From the NCBI GenBank assembly GCA_020536535.1, contig JAHLWZ010000734.1, positions 1 to 64,000 of the forward strand: a DNA stretch of 64,000 nt, given 5' to 3'. Made by a program: the position numbers and the translations under genes. This DNA is from Pelomyxa schiedti (taxonomy: Eukaryota > Protista > Evosea). The number at the start of each line of letters is the position of its first letter. Within the stretch, counting starts at the first letter, position 1. Below the pieces are notes generated by a model, which worked only from the letters and a program-made list of their open reading frames with translations, had not been told where the DNA came from and did no database searches. Of the stretch, positions 56,610-64,000 are shown in pieces.

Positions 56610-57774
56610 ATGAGAACTTCGTCTTGTGCTGATGCGGGTGCACGCGGAATGTTGTTTGATGTGAGGCGGTTCTCGGTGAATGACGGTCCGGGTATCAGGA
56701 CAACTGTGTTCTTCAAAGGGTGTCCTTTGTCCTGCCTTTGGTGTCACAACCCTGAGAGTCAGGTGTGCTTTTTTACTACTACACGTAAACTTGTAGGCTA
56801 CGTTATACTAATAGGTTGCGGCATGCAACTTCGCTTGCCTTAACTTGGTGGTATTTTTTGCCAGTCATATGCCCAGGAAGTAATGTTCCATGAAAACCGT
56901 TGTATTAAATGTGGAGCTTGCGCGGAGGCATGCACAAGTGGAGCCATCAAAAGAACTTGTGTGGATGATTCCACCTCTGTAGTAACGGTAGACCAGTCTC
57001 TGTGCACGTCGTGTGGGCGGTGTGTACCCCTCTGTGTAGCGGACGCCAGACTTCTTGTTGGGAGAGAGTACACTGCCAGCCAAGTCATGCAAATAATAGC
57101 TCGTGACATGGAATTCTATGAGGAATCTGGGGGAGGCGTAACGGTAATTCATCACCTCTCTTATCCTTAATTGAAATCATACACACAAAAAAATTGGTCA
57201 GTTCTCTGGTGGGGAACCGCTCTCACAACCAAAGCTTCTCAAGGAGCTTCTTCAACTATGCAAATCAGCAGGAATTCACACAGCCGTGGACACCTGTGGG
57301 CAAGCAGCCTGGTCAGTGTTCAGTGAGATATTCCCCCTGGTCGACTTGTGGCTCTACGATATCAAAGCAGCATCCCCGTCCACACACAAGCATATCACAG
57401 GCAAGGATAACAGTCTGCCAATCTCCAATCTCCGGCAGATCACCTCACTGGGTGCCACTGTGATCATCCGCGCTCCAATTGTTCCTACTCTCAATGACTC
57501 ACTGGAGGACATTGAAGGGTTGTGTGGAATTCTTGTGGGACTGTGTGCCATTCAGCATACTGCAGTGATAGGTGATTCTAATGGAGTACAGCACCCCACT
57601 GCCCAGGAAACACTGTCCCTCGAAGTAATGGGGTATCACAGCATTGGAAACCATAAGTATGCAGCTTTGGGCCGTAAGTACCAACTTGCTGCCCTTATGA
57701 GTTTATCACAAGAGCACAGCGCTACAATTCAAGCCCACATAAGGCAACGTGTTCCCAACATCAAATTACTATAA
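56610..57774 (+). CDS. Glycyl-radical enzyme activating enzyme (radical SAM, ferredoxin-like insert), 3 exons
   Basis: [32 protein letters not shown] (CxxxCxxC); [11 protein letters not shown] and [11 protein letters not shown] auxiliary clusters; GGGVTFSGGEP; HTAVDTCG; YDIK; YHSIGNHKY. Introns at ~56763-56864 and ~57144-57201. Confidence 0.96.
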
Positions 57775-58360
57775 AACAAAAGAGAAAGATCATACACAAC
57801 ATAGATAAACATTGGGACTCACACTTTTTGGCATAAACGGGGCAGAAAAGGTACTGGTTCTCTGTACCCTGTGAAGGGAAAATGCTGAAATGTCTGGACC
57901 ACATCTGGACCATTCTACCGTTTCGTGGTCGTTCCAGGCTCCTAGGAGCATGACATTCCAATAGAACCTAATACCCAAAATATTCAAAGTGCGAGTACCA
58001 AACTTTGCCACGCAGGGGTTAATGCTAGGAAACCCGTTTCCATTGAGGAGGTTAGAGTAAGCTTCTGCCGGCGCACTAGTGGCGGAGTTGTGTTGAGCGT
58101 TTGTTCCGCGACCCACAGGGTGCGAGATCGAATCCGGGGCTTACGGCCCCACCGACAGTTCTTTTTGTTTTTTTTTGGGGAGATTGAGGTGAGGGAGGAA
58201 GGAACAAGGAGGAGGAGGTGTAACAAATTATAATGATGCCACACCCCTCTCATGAGAAAACACAGACCCAGACCCCCAAACAAGCACACCACTTATAAAT
58301 ATTAATAAATAAGCCTTTGCTTGTGCTTGTTTCCAAAAAATAGTTGTTTATGGAAACTGT

Positions 58361-60971
58361 TTACAAGTCATCATTTGTTACCAGGGGGGAAAGGAATTGA
58401 TTGGATGAGAGTTGTTGTGGGGTCTGGGATCGGCTGCTTAGCATGTTGGCTTTCCATGTTGATGCACCTTTGGCTATCCACTGCTTCTTGAATTTGTAGT
58501 GAAGTACTAGCTGCACCACAACTGCAATTACGATAATGAGAAGAGCCACTCCTATTCCAATCCCCACATAGACGGCAGTGTTCAGGGGCTCTGGTTTTTT
58601 GGTATAAGTGTTTCTTAAATCAATGTTAGCTGTGTACCCTTTTTACACGCCACGCCGGTATCAGTAGTGATTGTTGAGTAGCCTGATTGACATCTTTTTT
58701 GTGTTAAAGTTGTTAAAATGAAGTGCAGATTCTCTGCAAACACACATGCACTGTAAATGGCTGATAGACCCGGTCTCAGTAGTGGAGGAGTGGTCGGGGC
58801 ACTTGGTGCATGAAGTGGCCCCTTCCTCTTCTGCATATGTTCCCTTCTCACAAATATCACAGAAAGATGTTCCCTGATGTTTTTTGAATGAAAGAAACCG
58901 AGTATAACTTGTACATTAAATGGAGCATAGGTGCCTGGACTGCACAGAATACATGAAGTTGCATTTGTGGATGGAGCCGACCCTGCAGCACACTTCTGGC
59001 ATTCTCCAGGCCCAGGCCAGTCCTTTACACAACCTTTAAAACTGTTTGACTTGATTTGTTTAATATTCAGCTGGGAGAAAACCAGATGGGCATGGAGCAC
59101 ATATAACACCAGCCTCCACTGAGAAAGTACTGGTATAATTAATGGTTATAAAAGAAGTAATAAAAGTCAAATACCCTATGGGGCAAGGCTCACAGAAATA
59201 TGTGATACTTGGTTGTTGTCCAAGAGGGCAGCTCATGCATGTATTTGCTGAAACATTAAAAAACAATCCTTCAGTACACGAATCCAGAGAAAATTGTCCG
59301 AGATCTAGAATTCCGGCAACGTACCTTGTCATAAATGAGATTTGAGTGCTGGAGAGTTTACCCACCAATCCATCTCTTTGAGTTCTTCATCTGATAGGTA
59401 GGACCCTTCAGGAATGCGTAAAATGCCATCTATATCATATATTGGGCCAACAAATGGATTTTCACCATTTACAATGTTGTCCTTGGCAGCTTCCAGCTGT
59501 GCCTATTTAGACAAAGAAAAGGAAAGATCGGCATACCAATGCAGAAAAAATGGTAGGTACTAACTGGGATGTAGCTGAGAGGTCACACATGCCCTCTGAT
59601 ATCCCTTCCCATAAGTCAAGGTTGGGTATCCACTAAGGTGGGTGTGTAAGTTTGTTAGGAAGGAGTGCTCTTACAGAATGGTTCAGGACACTAAGTGCGA
59701 AGTTATAGTAGGTAGATCCCCATCTATAATGGTCAATGAAAGTTGAGGGGAAAATTAGGTACAAAAACATAGGTGATGTAAGCACAGTATTGCCAATGAA
59801 TGTTGTCATGTCAGAATTAAACCTGAAACCAGTCACTTGGCAATAACGGGAATAAAGGCACACCCAATAGAAAATAGTGACACATCATGAAACGCTTCCT
59901 GGGCAGTAATTGAATCAGTACTTTGAGCAAGAAGTGAGCAACCCATTGCAACAAATTTCCATGCGGCCATTAATTCAACTGAGATGGAAATTGCATCCCC
60001 AGAAAAATACATTGTAATGGTTGTTTACCTTCTGGGTTCCCGTATGAGTTTATCCATAGTGCAGCAATCTGCGCATCCTTTGCATATTTCTGCACACCAA
60101 GCACAAATGAGTTTAACCCTCTAATATCTTCTGTTTCTGGAAAAGAATAAATCTTGATGGTTTTTTGAGTTGGTAAATAAATGCCAGTTAGAAACGTCAC
60201 TAAAGGAAAAAAGTACAAAACATAAAGAGCCTGAAGATCTCATAACACCAGCCAAAAGACCACTGAGATAAGTAGGTTCTTCAATTTTTGACATTGCAGT
60301 TGCAAAATTCCCGTGGGAAGACTTTGCATATCCTGATATCTAATAAAAAAAAAAAAAAAAGGTAAATGAACGAAATGGAATAGAAAATGTAACTACATGC
60401 ACAAAATATATCTGGGGATAGCATTCAGCGAGAGCAAGAGCTGCATCACCCTGGCCAAAACTGCACACCTCCCAGGGAAGAAAGGTAAAATATAAATGGC
60501 TTTGTTCGTGCTTCTTTGAGAGAACCTTGTGGCAATAATGAGCTTGCAGTTCTCTTCTTTCATGAGCTTATATATTGCAGCAATACTTTGGTTGTGTGTT
60601 ATCACATTGTCAACATAATGTGTTTGCACTTCATCAGGAAGTGAATACTGTAAAAACAATCTTCCCATAATAAGAGAAAAAGTGAAGCCAAAGTAATACA
60701 AGTAATACCTTCCTTTATCGTGCTGGAGGTTCCAACCCAGATCATTTGGTTGACCGAGGAACAAGAACCCAACATGCAGAACGCCACTTACATATCCAGT
60801 TGGGTTGTAACTGGTGTCACACACACTGGTGCCCACATCGTCGGCAGCACAAACACTAATACCTTTGCACCTTGAGTGAGAACAAGGATGTGTGCCACCA
60901 GCAAAATAAAACAAACCTATTCCTGATAGGCCCACCACAAATAGCACAACAATGGCGTGCGTCAGATCCAT
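58361..60971 (-). CDS. Single-pass membrane protein: signal peptide, BMP/PnrA-like solute-binding domain, Cys-rich repeats, TM, short tail; multi-exon
   Basis: HVGFLFLGQPNDLGWNLQHDKGR, EDIRGLNSFVLG, WINSYGNP and FNSDM..GNTVLTS fit the BMP family. Cys repeats CMSCPLG, CEPCPIG, CAPCPSG, CILCSPGTYAP. TM GIGIGVALLIIVIAVVVQLVL. Confidence 0.8.
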
Positions 60972-61111
60972 ACAACACTATGACGTGGAGCCAAGGACTG
61001 TTGTGGTCGTAGATTCGGGAGTCGCTGAACCCCAGATCGTGTGGACAAACGTGTATGAATCTCGTCCGAAAGTTTGATTTTTTCAAAAGTTATCGTTTTT
61101 CATATTTTGGC

Positions 61112-63711
61112 TTAGGGAAATTGCACGAGGACAGCGGGGTCAATGTTGGAGTGGTGCTTCAGGAATTCTCCCGGGGAGATACCACACCGGTCAAGGTGAT
61201 ATCCAATGGAGTCATGGCAGTCCAAAAGGGCCTCTGCTAGGTCGACAAGCGGCATTGGAAAGGAGGAGCTGGTGGGGGTGCCTACGCGACCGCCGTGGGT
61301 GATGTATGTGGCCCAGGCCATGCACTGAGTGGAGTAGCAGTCCATGATGGATACCTGACCCAGTGGACGTTTAAGAAGCCAGTTTAATGCAGCCAGATGC
61401 TCCAGGGTTGAGAAGTATACTGCGACAGAATACATGGTCATTGGGCAGGAGCCAGGAGACTCCGGGGTACTGGAAGGAATCAGCTCCGGCATAGAATGTA
61501 ATAGTGCTTGTAGCATCAGACTTAGTGCACAGCAAGGATCAATCGCTTGCCTGTTTTTCAGAAACGTGATTGCAGTCCAAGCCATAGCTAAAGGGCCTTT
61601 TTCAAGTACACTTGTCACTGGAGTGCCGCTTGTGGTCCTGGGGGTTGCGGGAGTTGGGGGGCTGCCAGGGGTGGTCATTTCAGGAAGAGTGGTGGTGTAG
61701 GGTTTCTTAGTCCTGTTTTTGGTCACTTTCTTGTTAACATCTTTCCAGGTAGAGATTATATGGGTGGAGCCATCTTTTGGGGAATAAGTCGACGCAGTGG
61801 ATCCCTTAGCTATTAAGCAGTGAGCCTTAAAAAAAAATGACAAGGCAAGATAACCTGAGCAGTATTCACAAAAAAAAGACCACTCCTTAACTACAACATT
61901 TGAGAGAAATAAAACTTGGGCAAGGGCTTTTCTCAAGGGCTTTGTCACGGTAAAAATCAGGTTTCTGCCTGGAATGTTGGTAGATACATAGTTGTAAAAC
62001 GTTGGGCATAGAAGGTTCCGTATAATCTTGGGTGTGTCATCGGAAAGAACCAGGCTTACAACATCGGTTTTCATGTCACCCGTTCTTCTTCGCCTTGCTT
62101 CCATTGGATTGCTTGGTTGAACCAGTTTGTAGCTTCGCTCAAATTTCTCACCTCTGTCGTGAACGTAGCTGGCAACGTCGAGTATTTCGCGAGTGAGCAA
62201 GATCGCTGGATGCAAATTACTTTTGGCGCGCTTCGTGCCTCCTGTTGTGGCGGGGGTGACCGGGCAAGAAACCAATTTCCCTAGAGGTGCAGCGGAAGGA
62301 CGCTTCACTTCATCTGAAAGGTCTCTCGACGAATAATTCTTCAATTCGGTACAAAGTTCCTGGTAGGAAGATGTAATGTAATCATTTCCTGCAAGACATG
62401 ATAATAAGGGAAGATGTGATTCCGGTAGCTGCAAATATTGTCTCAATTCACTCCTGCTTAATTTTACTACAGGAAAGTCAAATTCCAAAAGAAACATACT
62501 TTGCCACCATTTCAACTGAAAAGTTGCTCTTAAAATTAGCTGTCAAGCACAAAAACCATTTTTCAACTCCAGGGAAAATGATTGTGTCACTATCTGGTGA
62601 GAGGATTCCGAGTGCTTTGTATTTTGCGCAAAGGAAGGCTGCCTCTTGGTCAGCCTCATAGGCAGCAAAAGACACCTGGGTGCAAGTCATCTTAATTAAT
62701 ATAAATCTTGGATTAGCACTATGCAGCCCGCTGTACTGAAAGTGTCGGCCATTATTTGCATTTGGGCTTCACGCCTAAGCCACATAGATTTTCGCCCTTT
62801 GCACTCATGATCGATATAACAGTGGGTACATAAAAGCCTGGTCTCGGTATTACTTTCTATTGTACTTGTTAGTGAGTTTTACTTTTTATTAATTTACCTG
62901 AGCAAGAGGACACATATGTTGTGTTCGGGCTGGAGCTTTTGGTGCCTATTGAAGTGAGCGGAATCAACATTGACAGCGCATACCAAAAGTCTGCGGACCA
63001 TCTTTTTCTGCAAGTTTCATGTTTTTTCTGCCTTTCCTTTTCTTGCCTTGGTGCGGTGGCGCAGGAGTGTCACTCTACGAAGTATTAGTCAAATTAAGTT
63101 AACAGTAATTATACCTCAGTTTAGACTTGCATCGGTACATCAGTAGGAGAAGTATCGCCTTTGTAATGTTAATCAAGAAAAAGACTGTTATCGTAAACAC
63201 CAGTGTGAGAATTTCTCCTTGCTTTCTTGGCAGGTGTCACTGCTGCCAGCTGGGGAGCGCTTTGGCGCTTTGACCCAGCTAGTTTCGGTTCAAGATTTGC
63301 AGTTTTGCAGTCACTGTGACTGGGTACTTTCAGGAATCTCCTCTCCCATTGTTCCACTTTTTCGTCTGTAATCCCTCCGTCGAACACTACAATCAAAGTG
63401 ATTCCGAGCTCTCGCCATGTCTTGACGAAAGCTTGAATTCCAGAGCACAGTTCCTCTAGAGTGCAGTTTTTCCCGTCGTTGGTCTGGAACCAGTACACCA
63501 ACCCAGGGGCATCAACCACCAAGTACGTAGGTCCAGTGCTCTTCTCGGCTTCCGCACGGAAATTTTCTGGGCGCCAGACTCGGGCCAGCCCCTCTTTGCG
63601 GAGCAGAGTTGTAAGACCTGTGTTGGGAGAGTAAAAGCTGATGTTAAGACAACGGGATTATGCAACGCAACCAAGAATAAGAAAAAATATTACAGTACCC
63701 AGTACACCCAT
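61112..63711 (-). CDS. Asteroid/XPG-like PIN-domain nuclease family protein, multi-exon
   Basis: Spliced N-terminus MGVLGLTTLL..LVVDAPGL; LIVVFDGG; YEADQEAA; ILSPDSDTIIF; LLSCLAGNDY. These carry the acidic residues of the XPG/FEN1/asteroid PIN fold. Confidence 0.85.
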
Positions 63712-64000
63712 CCTCTTGGTTACGCGAGGTGTCTAGACTGTTTGAATAAAAAAAAAGAAGGAGCCGGCGAACGGGCGCAGTAAAAAACAAACAAGTTCAA
63801 AGTTACACTTCGAGGCGCCTTCTGTTTCGAAGAATCCTTATTTGAAATTGGAAAAACTAAACCGAAATTGGAACAGCCCTAGTGAGATTTCTTTGTCAAC
63901 CCAAAAGAGGGGCGGCACACAACCCAAAAAAGGGCCCTTCGCCTAACCTTCAAATTTTCATCGAATTACTTACAATTGCCAATTCCACAACCGGGAAAAG

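Noticed and set aside
53615-57774. Bacterial contamination or endosymbiont DNA as the source of the GRE pair
   Set aside because: Both genes are split by GT-AG introns like their neighbours and are contiguous with a eukaryotic DEAH helicase gene.
57760-57774. Peroxisomal PTS1 on the activase (C-terminus IKLL)
   Set aside because: The last three residues KLL do not fit the S/A-K/R-L consensus, and the GRE ends in EAV.
57790-58292. Short minus-strand ORFs between the activase and the BMP-domain gene
   Set aside because: No ATG-initiated, motif-bearing frame; possibly UTR or a relic.

Overview
Gene-dense eukaryotic DNA with many short (~40-130 nt) GT-AG introns, very short intergenic spacers and one 100-N assembly gap (859-958). 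The gene content fits an anaerobic protist, plausibly an archamoeba such as Pelomyxa; this is inference, not a database result. About 24 protein-coding genes can be read. Housekeeping genes: aminopeptidase P, ClpB/Hsp104, an equilibrative nucleoside transporter, a DUSP-USP deubiquitinase, exportin-7, proteasome beta5, a DEAH helicase, four small GTPases, homoserine kinase and an asteroid-like PIN nuclease. Receptor/surface genes: a transmembrane cyclic-nucleotide PDE, a BMP-domain single-pass receptor and Cys-rich surface proteins. Several genes are of prokaryotic type. The main finding is an intron-containing glycyl-radical enzyme with the trans-4-hydroxy-L-proline dehydratase (HypD) active-site signature, head-to-head (75 bp apart) with its radical-SAM activating enzyme. 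The second is a divergent pair of Cys-rich surface-protein paralogues whose 5' ends form a perfect 68-bp inverted repeat around a 206-bp shared promoter, a candidate inversion switch or gene-conversion tract. The window start is a rearranged copy of sequence at the window end. Gene coordinates span introns, and exon boundaries were read by eye.
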